Positions 42,622-51,208 of a stretch of 64,000 bases of DNA are shown piece by piece. The notes below the pieces were generated by a model, which saw only the letters and a program-made list of their open reading frames with translations, was not told the origin of the DNA and ran no database searches. Source of the DNA: Acidobacteriaceae bacterium (lineage in GTDB: Bacteria; Acidobacteriota; Terriglobia; Terriglobales; Acidobacteriaceae); NCBI GenBank assembly GCA_965276625.1, contig CBDIBB010000003.1:1270174-1334173 (forward strand). Reading direction: 5' to 3'. The number at the start of each line of letters is the position of its first letter. The stretch's first letter is position 1. Both the position numbers and the translations under genes were made by a program.

Positions 42622-43845
42622 TCATTTCCAGAAACCTGTTTTCTTCTTTGCGGCGGGCGCGGTCGCCGCGCGGCTGGACTGCGCGGCCAGCTGCGCCGAC
42701 CACTTGCCCAGCTGCGCGGTAAACTCCGACCGGCGCTGCGGCGACACCGGCTCACCCGCGTTGACGGCCTGCAGCAGCTCCGCCCGGTGCTCCGGGATGG
42801 TGTACGAGACCGGCAGGCCGACCGCCTTCTCCACCTGCGAGGACCCGATGACATCCTGCGAGGACGCGCGGTTCAGGATGATCCGCAGCCGCGTCGCCGG
42901 GGTCTCCGGCAGGTTTAGGTTCTGCACGTGCCGCGAAAGGTCCCGCAGCGCGGCAATCTCCGGCGTTGAGACAAGGTAGGTCTCATCAGCAATGCGAATC
43001 CCGGCCGCCGAGTCGTCATCCTGCAGGGAAGCGTCGATGACGACGAAGTCGTACTCGTGCCGCAGAAACTCGAACACCCGTTCCATGTCGCGGAAGCTGG
43101 TGTGGTGCCGCACGGCACAGCCGTCGGGCGCTCCGATCACGTCCATCCCGCTGGGGTGGCGCACGGTAAAACCCTTTAGCAGGGCAGCGTCCAGCCGGTC
43201 CACGTTCCGCACCAGCTCGTCGAAGTGATACTGGTTCTGCTTGAGGCCGAGATACAGGCACACATGCCCCAACTGGTGGTGCAGGTCGATCAGCAGCGTT
43301 TTGCTGGCGTGGCGCTTCACCAGGGTATGGGCCAGGTGGACGGCGAGCGCCGAGGCGCCGACCCCGCCTTTGGCGCCGAAGAACATCAGCACGCGCCCTC
43401 GCCCGGACGAGCTCTCCGCGCTTGCAGCCAGCCGGCCCTGGATGCGTTCGATCGTTTCAAGCAGTTGTGCTTCTTGAACCGGTTTCTGCAGAAACTCGCT
43501 GCAACCCGCCCGCATCGCGCGCAGCAGCAGGTCAGAGTCAAGCTGCGAGGACACGCCGACGCAGATCACGCGGGGCGACGAAAGCCCTTGCAGCATCTCC
43601 GTCGTTTCGATCGCGGCCGCCGCGTCGCGGTCGAAATCGATGAGCGCGACCGCGTGGCGCGCCTGCTTCATCTCCTCGGGGAAATGCGGCCGACGGCCGG
43701 CGGTGACGTACTCCTGAAACTCGCCGGCAAACGACAGGCCCGCGACCGAAGCAGGCGCCTGCGCCATCAGGCTGCCGAGCTCCGGGTCAGCGCACACCGT
43801 AAACGCCGCCAGCGTACCCGATTCGATCTCGACCTGTGCTTTCAT
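42622..43845 (-). CDS. tadZ: TadZ/CpaE (receiver-like N-domain plus MinD/ParA-type ATPase)
   Basis: Deviant Walker A FFGAKGGVGASALAVHLA and an N-terminal CheY-like fold. Confidence 0.88.
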   Translation of the reverse strand: MKAQVEIESGTLAAFTVCADPELGSLMAQAPASVAGLSFAGEFQEYVTAGRRPHFPEEMKQARHAVALIDFDRDAAAAIETTEMLQGLSSPRVICVGVSSQLDSDLLLRAMRAGCSEFLQKPVQEAQLLETIERIQGRLAASAESSSGRGRVLMFFGAKGGVGASALAVHLAHTLVKRHASKTLLIDLHHQLGHVCLYLGLKQNQYHFDELVRNVDRLDAALLKGFTVRHPSGMDVIGAPDGCAVRHHTSFRDMERVFEFLRHEYDFVVIDASLQDDDSAAGIRIADETYLVSTPEIAALRDLSRHVQNLNLPETPATRLRIILNRASSQDVIGSSQVEKAVGLPVSYTIPEHRAELLQAVNAGEPVSPQRRSEFTAQLGKWSAQLAAQSSRAATAPAAKKKTGFWK

Positions 43846-43872
43846 GCGTCTTCGTTTCTGCGCCCGGGGCGC

Positions 43873-45369
43873 CTACGGCTGCTTCGGGGCGGTTGGCCGG
43901 TGGAATGGCTCGTCATGGTCTACCTGCCGGTCGAACTTGTGCGGCTCTAAAAACGGCTTCGCCAGGTCCGGTTCGTGCGGCGAAACATCCGGGCCGGTCA
44001 GCGGGTCGACGATGTGCGGCGTCACAATCACGACCAGCTCCACCGTGGACGCCGTATTGTTCTTCGACTTGAACAGTTCGCCCAGCACCGGAATGCTCGC
44101 GATCCCCGGCATCTTGCTGAAGGCGTCGGTCAGCCGGTGATCGAGCAGGCCGGAGATCGCGAAGCTCTGGCCGTCCTTCAGTTCCACCTCGGTCTGCGCG
44201 CGCCGCGTCGCGATCGCCGGGATGTCATAGCCTGAAATCTGCACCTGGTTGGTGTAGTCGAGCGCGCTGACCTCCGGCGCGACCTTCAAACGGATCGTGC
44301 CGTCCGGGTTGACGTAGGGCGTGAAGTCGAGCTTGACGCCGTAGGGCCGGAACTGCACCGTGACCGAGACGAAGCTGCCCGAGCCGCCCTGCACCACCGG
44401 AAACGGAAACTCGCCGCCCGAAAGAAAGCTGGCCGGCACGCCGCTCAGCGAAGTAATCGTGGGCTCGGCCAGGATCTGCAGAATCTGCTTCTGCTCAAGG
44501 TCGGCGATGGCTGCGCCTATGTTCAGGTTCTGGTTGTAAAGGAGCAGGTTGAGCGGGTTTGACACCGCGGTCGCCGTAGCCGCGGCCGCCCCGCCTAGCG
44601 TCGTGCCCCCAAACGAGGTGAACTGCTGCGTACCGGTCAGAACGGTATTGTTGCCGCCGGTCAGGAAGTTGAAGCCGTACTGCTGCGCGCGGCTGCGGTC
44701 CACCTCCGCCATCCGCACCTGCAGCTGCACCTGCTTCGCGTGTACGGGCGCCAGCCGCAGGGAGTTCACCACATCCTTGGCATACAGCCCGGCCAGCTTG
44801 CCTGCGGCGTCGGCTGTCTCCTGGGTTGCCGCGAGGCCGGTCAGGGTGATGCGGTCCTGCAGGCCTGAGACTTCGATCCGGTCGTTCGGGAACGCGGCCA
44901 GCATCGCGGCGCGCAGCCCCTCGGTATCCACGTCGCAGGAGACGGTGTACACGCGGCTTTCGCCGTTGCTGTCCCACACGGCAAGGCTCGTCACGCCCGG
45001 CGTTTTCGCCGTGATCAGCACTTCATTCGGGCTCGATGTGAACGACGACAGCACCACCGGGTTGCTGACATACACGCGGCGAAAGCGATCGCTGGTATGT
45101 AGAAACACCGAGCGGCCCACCAGCACGTGCAGCATCTCGCTCACCGAGTCGATGCGCACCACCGGCGTCGTCGCCGGTGCAACGGTCGCCCGAGCAGGGA
45201 CAGCGGGATGCAGCGGCTGGACTGGCTGTGTCGCCTGCGCCAGCGCGCAGCAGGGAAGCAGCAGCATTGCGAAAACTTGCCCAAAACCGTGCATGATTCC
45301 GCGCACGATCCGCCGTGTGCCGGCGCTCGCGGGCATCGCCCTGTCCGTGCTCGACTGGAAACGCGCCAC
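43873..45369 (-). CDS. rcpA: Tad pilus secretin RcpA/CpaC
   Basis: BON/secretin-N repeats and a C-terminal secretin domain (ILAEPTITSLSGVPASFLSGGEFP ... PGIASIPVLGELFKS). A signal peptide is more convincing from the internal Met (MHGFGQVFAMLLLPCCALAQA, 45294). Confidence 0.9.
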   Translation of the reverse strand: MARFQSSTDRAMPASAGTRRIVRGIMHGFGQVFAMLLLPCCALAQATQPVQPLHPAVPARATVAPATTPVVRIDSVSEMLHVLVGRSVFLHTSDRFRRVYVSNPVVLSSFTSSPNEVLITAKTPGVTSLAVWDSNGESRVYTVSCDVDTEGLRAAMLAAFPNDRIEVSGLQDRITLTGLAATQETADAAGKLAGLYAKDVVNSLRLAPVHAKQVQLQVRMAEVDRSRAQQYGFNFLTGGNNTVLTGTQQFTSFGGTTLGGAAAATATAVSNPLNLLLYNQNLNIGAAIADLEQKQILQILAEPTITSLSGVPASFLSGGEFPFPVVQGGSGSFVSVTVQFRPYGVKLDFTPYVNPDGTIRLKVAPEVSALDYTNQVQISGYDIPAIATRRAQTEVELKDGQSFAISGLLDHRLTDAFSKMPGIASIPVLGELFKSKNNTASTVELVVIVTPHIVDPLTGPDVSPHEPDLAKPFLEPHKFDRQVDHDEPFHRPTAPKQP

Positions 45370-45371
45370 CG

Positions 45372-46187
45372 CTAAAACTCCGTCTTGCTCGACTTGTCGC
45401 CGAGGATCGTTTCCACGCTGTAGGAGGGTTTCGCGCGGCTTACCGCGACCAGCGCGGCATGGTGCGCGACGGGCGCGGGTGCGGCGGGCGCTGCGCCGAA
45501 CTGCGAAAGTTGCGCGGGTGCGCCGTCCACGTGTTCGCGGTCGGATCCGTTGCGCAGCACGAAGTGGATCGTTCCCTGAGTGCTGGCCAGCACCACCCGC
45601 TCCGCGTTCTGCGGGGTCAGCAGCAGCGTCACCACGTCGACCGTGGCGGGCTTGCCGTCGGGGCTCGGCTGCGTCTGGTGTCCATCGGCCAGCACCTCCG
45701 CATCCTGCAGAACGGTCGCGGTCATCGGCTCCGGGCTGCGGTCGGTGCGGTAGGTCACCAGCACATCCACGTGCGAGCCGGGGAATACGAAGCCCGCGAC
45801 GCCAACCACGTCGTCGCTCTTGAGCGCGATCGCGCGCATGCCTTCCGGGATGCGGTTGGTCAGGCCCAGCTCGGCCCCGGCCGAGGCCAGGTCCTTGTCG
45901 ATGATGGGCTGCCCGGCGGCAACGGGATAAATCGCCGCGCGCCCCACCAGCTCCGCCGGCCTGCTGTACGCGCCCTGGATGGGCTGGCTCGCGGGCCAGT
46001 CGATCGGCGTGAGCGCATCGGCCTTGATGACCTCGCCGGGGGCGATGGGCCGTTTCGCCGCAAGGTACTGGCGGACTTTAGGGTGTTTGCCCGCGTTGGC
46101 ATGGATCACCCGGGCCAGCAGAAAGGTGCAGATCGCGGAGATGACGAGGGCGGCAGCGAGGGCGGGGATGAGGCGTCGGGTGTTCAT
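45372..46187 (-). CDS. rcpC: Flp pilus assembly protein RcpC/CpaB
   Basis: N-terminal TM, a SAF-like domain and a beta-clip domain. Its position between tadV and the secretin fits. Confidence 0.85.
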   Translation of the reverse strand: MNTRRLIPALAAALVISAICTFLLARVIHANAGKHPKVRQYLAAKRPIAPGEVIKADALTPIDWPASQPIQGAYSRPAELVGRAAIYPVAAGQPIIDKDLASAGAELGLTNRIPEGMRAIALKSDDVVGVAGFVFPGSHVDVLVTYRTDRSPEPMTATVLQDAEVLADGHQTQPSPDGKPATVDVVTLLLTPQNAERVVLASTQGTIHFVLRNGSDREHVDGAPAQLSQFGAAPAAPAPVAHHAALVAVSRAKPSYSVETILGDKSSKTEF

Positions 46188-46191
46188 CGCT

Positions 46192-46734
46192 CTAGCCCTG
46201 GTGCAGTCGCGTGGCGAGCGTGACCAGGCAGCCTGCGGCGATCGCGATGCCGTAGGGTAGGCGAAGTGTGCTTGTATTGGTTACATTCAGCTCAGGGTGC
46301 GGCTGCAGGCCGGATACGCGATGGTGCACGATTAGCACGCCGAGATTGCTGAAAGTCTGTTTAGTACGGCCGCGGGCGATCACCATGACGACAGCACAGA
46401 CGCCGCCGGCAAGCGCGGTCGCGACGAGCATCTCAAAGATATAGGAAGAGCCTGCGAGGCAGGCGACGGCGGTCATCAGCTTCACGTCACCCCCGCCCAT
46501 GCCGCCCGCGAGAAAGAACACTAGGAAGACTGCGAAGGCGATCAGCGCGGCAAGCGCGGCGGAACCCATACCATGCCATCCATCGAGTGCGAAGTGCAGC
46601 AGCAGTCCGATGAAGAAACCTGTGAGAGTCATCCAGTTCGGGATCCTGCGCGTACGGATGTCACTGATCGCTCCGACTAAGGCCAGGAGGGATGCGGTGA
46701 GCACGTAGACTTCGCTGTGAGAAGGAAAAATCAT
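46192..46734 (-). CDS. tadV: Prepilin peptidase TadV/CpaA (A24 family)
   Basis: 180 aa polytopic. Both catalytic Asp contexts are present (ISDIRTRRIPN and GGMGGGDVKLM). Confidence 0.88.
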   Translation of the reverse strand: MIFPSHSEVYVLTASLLALVGAISDIRTRRIPNWMTLTGFFIGLLLHFALDGWHGMGSAALAALIAFAVFLVFFLAGGMGGGDVKLMTAVACLAGSSYIFEMLVATALAGGVCAVVMVIARGRTKQTFSNLGVLIVHHRVSGLQPHPELNVTNTSTLRLPYGIAIAAGCLVTLATRLHQG

Positions 46735-46797
46735 AAAATAGTGGCTAGTTACCAGATTAAGCTGCCGAATCTTGAATGCTTTTATTCAGAACAAATG

Positions 46798-46836
46798 CTT
46801 AAGTGGGCACTGTTGAAACCACAGTGCCCACTTAAG
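46798..46836 (-). terminator. Perfect 15-bp-stem hairpin immediately after flp (attenuator or terminator candidate)
   Basis: cttaagtgggcactg - ttgaaacca - cagtgcccacttaag, 18 nt after the flp stop. On the sense strand it is followed by gcATTTGTTCTG (weak U-tract). Confidence 0.55.
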
Positions 46837-46853
46837 GGAAATAGGCGAACGAC

Positions 46854-47039
46854 CTACTTAACGTTAGTGCTAACACTGGTGCCGATGCTTGTGAAAGCGG
46901 CTCCGATGGTTGTACCGAGTGTAGTCATCGTAGCAACCGCACCAAGACCGATAAGACCGGCGACAAGCGCGTATTCGATAAGGTCCTGGCCTGATTCGTC
47001 CTGCATAAGGTTGTTGAGAGTTGCGCGGAAAAGCTTCAT
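46854..47039 (-). CDS. flp: Flp-family type IVb pilin
   Basis: ORF 46854..47129 trimmed to ATG 47039 (SD ttGGAGGaccaccacaATG). MKLFRATLNNLMQDESGQDLIEYALVAGLIGLGAV contains the Flp processing motif G/xxxxEY. Confidence 0.9.
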   Translation of the reverse strand: MKLFRATLNNLMQDESGQDLIEYALVAGLIGLGAVATMTTLGTTIGAAFTSIGTSVSTNVK

Positions 47040-47249
47040 TGTGGTGGTCCTCCAAGGGGTATGTGCCTCGACCAATCCAGGGGCGGTGGCCGTTTGCTGA
47101 AATGGATCGTAACTTTCTAATCGGGGCAAAGGGAAGTTATTTCTCTACTTAGCGTAGTACTTACGTCACTAATGTGTACTGTTTACATGCAGTGCGATGA
47201 AGCTTGTAACCCAAAGGTGTCATACAGCACCCGAAATTACCCGTAACAC

Positions 47250-48995
47250 CTACTGAAATGCCGCCACCTTCAGCATCGGCACCGAAAGGGTCGGCGGAAT
47301 CGCCAGCCCGATCAGGCCGCTGCCCGACAGGTTTACCTGGTCGGCCACGATGTCGCCGATGATGAAGTTGCCGGTGCTGGTGCCGCCGCTCAGGCTCAGC
47401 ACGTCTCCGTAGCTGTTGGAGTGGAAGTAAAACGAGCCCGCGAACGACAGCGCGCCCGAGCCGGTGAAGGTCGGCGAAGCGGTGTTGCCGTGGTCCTGGA
47501 AGAAGAGGAGGCCGCGCGTGCCGGGGTTCGTCGCGGCCACGTCGGTCGTATCGCCGCCCGTGTCGTAGTATGTGCCGTTCTGCGTACACTGCCCCCACAG
47601 CACATTGCCGCTCATCTGCGCGGGCACCTTGAGGTTCGCCGCCGGAACAGTGCCGTCACAGGTAAGCTCTGTTGAGCTCACGGTGTCGATCTTGTCGCCG
47701 CTCAAGCCTCCAGAGACATTGAACGTGCCGGAGAGAAAGTAAAACATGACCCCGGCCCCCTGCGTGTACTTCAGGTTGTTCGCCTTTGAGACCGTGCTGC
47801 ACGCAGCGGCGGAGTAGCCGGCCGAGTAACTGGCCCAGCACGGCAGTGCCATGCGGAGCGTATTGCTTCCTGAAGACGTGAGCGACCCGTTCAGGTAGTA
47901 CACCCCGGGTAGAAAGATGATCGTGGAATAGCTGTTCGGCAGCGTAATGCCGTTTGGGTAATACCCGGGCGCATACTCCGCGCAATTGGCAGGGTTGCTC
48001 GTAGTGCCTGTCTGGCCAACATAAGCCGAGCTGGTTTGGTCGGGGCAGCCGTCAATTTTATAGTTCACCCAGATATTGTTGGGGTATAGGCCTTGGTACG
48101 AGTTGGTGTTGTACGTTGCCGGCACGATCTTCTTGACGCTGGCCGGTGGCCCCACCGACGCGAACGGATCGACCATCGGCAGTACGCTCTGCCGCCAGTT
48201 GCCGGTGCTGCCGCCCGAGAAGCCCTGGGTGGTTTGACCCTGGCAGCCGTTCATGTTCTGCGGCTCCGGGCCCACGATCCCGACATCGGAGCCCGTGACC
48301 GACGGACCGCCCTGGCTGGTATTGATGGTGCCGGACGGGGAGCACCCGATGGCGGTCGCGCTGGTGGAGTTGACCTGCAGGCCTCGCTGCGGTCCGCCGA
48401 CGATGTTGAGGCCGGCCCCGCCGCTGTATTTGAACGACTGCCCGGTCTTCGCGAGCACCACCATAGGGGCAGGCTCGCTCACCTGCGACAGGCCGCACGT
48501 ACACTGCGCCTTGACCTGCGAGAAGTGGGAGCCGGGCACCAGCTGCACCAGGTAGGTCGGCACGCTCTCCGTAATGCTGACGTTGAGGAAAGGCGTGGTG
48601 GCGAGATTAGGGGAGGGCGCGACGACCCCTGTCACCCCCTGCGGAAATGAGTAGTTGACGGTGTTCCAGGCGCTCGTGCCGGCCTGCGCACTCGACCCGC
48701 CGCCGGCGTAGCCGTTGTACTTGGCATACAGGCAGAGGCTCGACGTGGAGCCGGCGCTGCAGCTGCCCGCCTGCCCCGGCGTAATGCCTGCAGCGGGGGT
48801 TTGCCCCACTGCGCTTTCAAGCAGGTCGAGCGACGCGGCCTGGCAGGCGGCGTCGGCCGCCGACTGCGCGGCCTGCCGATGGAACAGCAGGCTGCTGACA
48901 TCGACCGCCAGGCCCGCGGCCGTGAGCAGGAAAAGCGAAAAGAAAACCACCAGCGGGATCGCTGCCTGCCCGGATTCACGCGATTCAGTAGACAA
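47250..48995 (-). CDS. TadG-like pseudopilin / putative tip protein (large Ser/Thr/Gly/Cys-rich)
   Basis: The N-terminus SGQAAIPLVVFFSLFLLTAAGLAVDVSSLLFHRQAAQSAADAA is the TadG-like N-terminal region. TTG start at 48995 with GGAGGG about 5 nt upstream. No VWA-like motif was noticed by eye. Confidence 0.75.
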   Translation of the reverse strand: MSTESRESGQAAIPLVVFFSLFLLTAAGLAVDVSSLLFHRQAAQSAADAACQAASLDLLESAVGQTPAAGITPGQAGSCSAGSTSSLCLYAKYNGYAGGGSSAQAGTSAWNTVNYSFPQGVTGVVAPSPNLATTPFLNVSITESVPTYLVQLVPGSHFSQVKAQCTCGLSQVSEPAPMVVLAKTGQSFKYSGGAGLNIVGGPQRGLQVNSTSATAIGCSPSGTINTSQGGPSVTGSDVGIVGPEPQNMNGCQGQTTQGFSGGSTGNWRQSVLPMVDPFASVGPPASVKKIVPATYNTNSYQGLYPNNIWVNYKIDGCPDQTSSAYVGQTGTTSNPANCAEYAPGYYPNGITLPNSYSTIIFLPGVYYLNGSLTSSGSNTLRMALPCWASYSAGYSAAACSTVSKANNLKYTQGAGVMFYFLSGTFNVSGGLSGDKIDTVSSTELTCDGTVPAANLKVPAQMSGNVLWGQCTQNGTYYDTGGDTTDVAATNPGTRGLLFFQDHGNTASPTFTGSGALSFAGSFYFHSNSYGDVLSLSGGTSTGNFIIGDIVADQVNLSGSGLIGLAIPPTLSVPMLKVAAFQ

Positions 48996-49437
48996 TCATG
49001 CCCTCCGCCGTCGCGCCCAGCTGTTGCGCCAGGCCCGAATAATTGACGTAGGGCACGTAGGTGTACGCGATCTTGATCAGCACGTGGGAGCCCGGGGTCG
49101 ACGCGCCGTCGGGGTAGGTCACGGCGACCGACATTTTGGTCAGATCGTGCAGGCTCAGCGTCGCGTCCTTCGCGACGACGCTCGAGACATTGGCGCCGCT
49201 TGAGTCGCCGCACCCCTTGCTGGGGCCGCTGCAGGTCGTGCTGTCGGTGCCGTGTACCACCGCGTACCGAACTCCCTGGCTGGCGGCGTCGCGCAGAGTG
49301 CTCTGCGTGTAGGTCATCATGCAGACCTCGAAGCCGTAAAAGCACAGCGGTAGCCCGACCATGAGGGCCAGCGCGGTTTCAAGCGCGGCGGCGCCGTCCG
49401 ATCGGCGCAGCAGTTTGCATAAGCGAGGGAAGCGCAT
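48985..49437 (-). CDS. TadE/TadF-like pseudopilin
   Basis: ORF trimmed to ATG 49437 (TGATG overlap with the upstream gene). MRFPRLCKLLRRSDGAAALETALALMVGLPLCFY is a TadE-like N-terminus. Confidence 0.8.
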   Translation of the reverse strand: MRFPRLCKLLRRSDGAAALETALALMVGLPLCFYGFEVCMMTYTQSTLRDAASQGVRYAVVHGTDSTTCSGPSKGCGDSSGANVSSVVAKDATLSLHDLTKMSVAVTYPDGASTPGSHVLIKIAYTYVPYVNYSGLAQQLGATAEGMIVY

Positions 49438-50069
49438 CAGTCCTCCGCCCGCATCACGACGAATCGATGGAACTTGAGGTTCGGCACCAGCGACGCACCC
49501 AGCACCGATATCGGGATCGGCGGGTTGACGGTGTAGGTCACATCCACCCGGTTCATGTAGAAATTCGCCTCCGGATCGGCTTGCGGCGCGTTCGAGGCGG
49601 TGGTGGTGTAGGAGCTGCCCCCATTGGTGGCGGTGTAGCTCGCGCACTTGACGAGGTTCCCCACGGTGCCGAGGCTCTTCGAGCACACGCTGATGGCGGA
49701 GACGGTGGTCGAGTTCGCGAGGCTGCCTAGATCGGCGAGCGCGACATTCGCGACGCTGCCGACGAGGCTGGGCGGTCCGGCAGGCGGCAGGGTAAGCTGC
49801 CCGGGAGTCTGGAAGCCGAGAATCGAGGACTGTGCGGCGCCGCGCGCCGATGAGGTCAGGTTGGCCGCAACGATAAAAAAGTAGCCGAAATCAACGGAGT
49901 AGACGGTCAGGGTGACCATCAGAGCCATCAGCGCGGCTGTTTCGATCAGGCTCTGGCCTGAATCGGCAGACGCAAGGTTGTTTTTTCTGCTTGAAAAAGA
50001 CCCGCGGCCACGACAGGCAGCTTGAGCCGGACTAATCAGATGACCCATCTCCCTTTGAACCTCCGCCAC
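49437..50069 (-). CDS. TadE-like pseudopilin
   Basis: DSGQSLIETAALMALMVTLTVYSVDFGYFF is a TadE-like N-terminus. The start is uncertain (GTG 50069 or ATG 50048). Confidence 0.78.
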   Translation of the reverse strand: MAEVQREMGHLISPAQAACRGRGSFSSRKNNLASADSGQSLIETAALMALMVTLTVYSVDFGYFFIVAANLTSSARGAAQSSILGFQTPGQLTLPPAGPPSLVGSVANVALADLGSLANSTTVSAISVCSKSLGTVGNLVKCASYTATNGGSSYTTTASNAPQADPEANFYMNRVDVTYTVNPPIPISVLGASLVPNLKFHRFVVMRAED

Positions 50070-50203
50070 AGTGACACATAGTAGTGCTCAGGTCACGCGA
50101 TCGGCACCTTATTATGGTGATGGAGATTACCATGGTGCAGTTTGAGAGGAAAAACTGTCTCTAAACCGGTCACTTGTGATTTGGACGAGTGTGGCGGGGA
50201 CAG

Positions 50204-50821
50204 CTAAAACAGGCAGCCGTATGATTCCGACTGGACACCGGCGAGAAAGGCTTCGAGGAGCGCGATCTTCGGCGCGGCGAGCGCCTGGGTGGTGGGCAGG
50301 CGAATGGCCGCGGGTAACATAATAAGGTTACGTTCGAGGAATGCGACAGCCTGGGTGAAGGTGCTGTACCGGGTGTCGCGGCCTATTTTTGCGATTGCGC
50401 GAAGAATGCCGATCGCGCCCAGCTGCTCGAGAATGTCGGCATCGCGCAGGATGGTTGCTTCGATGGTGGACGGCGTGTCGCCCGGCTGGTGGTCGCGGAT
50501 GGCCGCGAGCACACCTTTCAGCTTCCCCGCGGGAAAGCCTGCATCTAAAAGAAGCGACGGAGCGTTCCCAAGGGTATAGCGCACATGGTCCCACTGCGCG
50601 AGCGCCGCCGAGTCCTCAGGCCGATGACCGATGAAGACCCCGAGATCGTGCAGGTAGGCCGCAGCGTAGACGACGTCGTCGTCATAGTCGGAACCTTCTC
50701 CCACCAGTCGGGTTAGCGCGTACAGGCGGGGCTGGTGTCCGAACTTATCCACAGGCAGGGCTGCCGAGCGGAGGAGCGAATCGAGATTGCTGCGGAAGCT
50801 TGGAAGCGGTTGTCCCAACAT
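50204..50821 (-). CDS. HD-domain metal-dependent phosphohydrolase
   Basis: AAAYLHDLGVF (the HD dyad) and RDADILEQLGAIG. The start is trimmed to ATG 50821 (cAGGAGaagattcctATG). Confidence 0.8.
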   Translation of the reverse strand: MLGQPLPSFRSNLDSLLRSAALPVDKFGHQPRLYALTRLVGEGSDYDDDVVYAAAYLHDLGVFIGHRPEDSAALAQWDHVRYTLGNAPSLLLDAGFPAGKLKGVLAAIRDHQPGDTPSTIEATILRDADILEQLGAIGILRAIAKIGRDTRYSTFTQAVAFLERNLIMLPAAIRLPTTQALAAPKIALLEAFLAGVQSESYGCLF

Positions 50822-51208
50822 AGGAATCTTCTCCTGTGGTTGTTCACGGCTCAGGCAACAGCGTAGCGTATCGTAGGCTTCTTTAGATGGAACGATCCGG
50901 AGGAGGGATAGGCGGAGGTTCGCGGAGTGTAGCAATTGAGAGGGTTCGTGAGAATTCGTTGACCGCACACAATGTTCCATATCGGGCAAGTATCTTTAGT
51001 TTTTTAAAAGAGCAGAGAATTGCATTCGAAGACGTGAAGACATCGGTTACAGTCGGAGCAGTGAAAGGGCGGGCGAAAGCGGCCCGGCGCACCGAGTTCC
51101 GGCAGGCCTTCTCGCGTTCTCCAGCATCTCCCGGACGGCTTTCCGCTGCAATCGAGCGGGTCCGTACTTTTACAGTTGCAGGAACAAACGGCAAGGGTTT
51201 CAGTCGAA

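Noticed and set aside
50161-50185. Possible third, degenerate copy of the GGTCACTTCGTGAC element (ccggtcacttgtgat)
   Set aside because: Only about 12 of 15 positions match. The palindrome is broken and none of the flanking 32-mer is present, so this is not distinguishable from chance.
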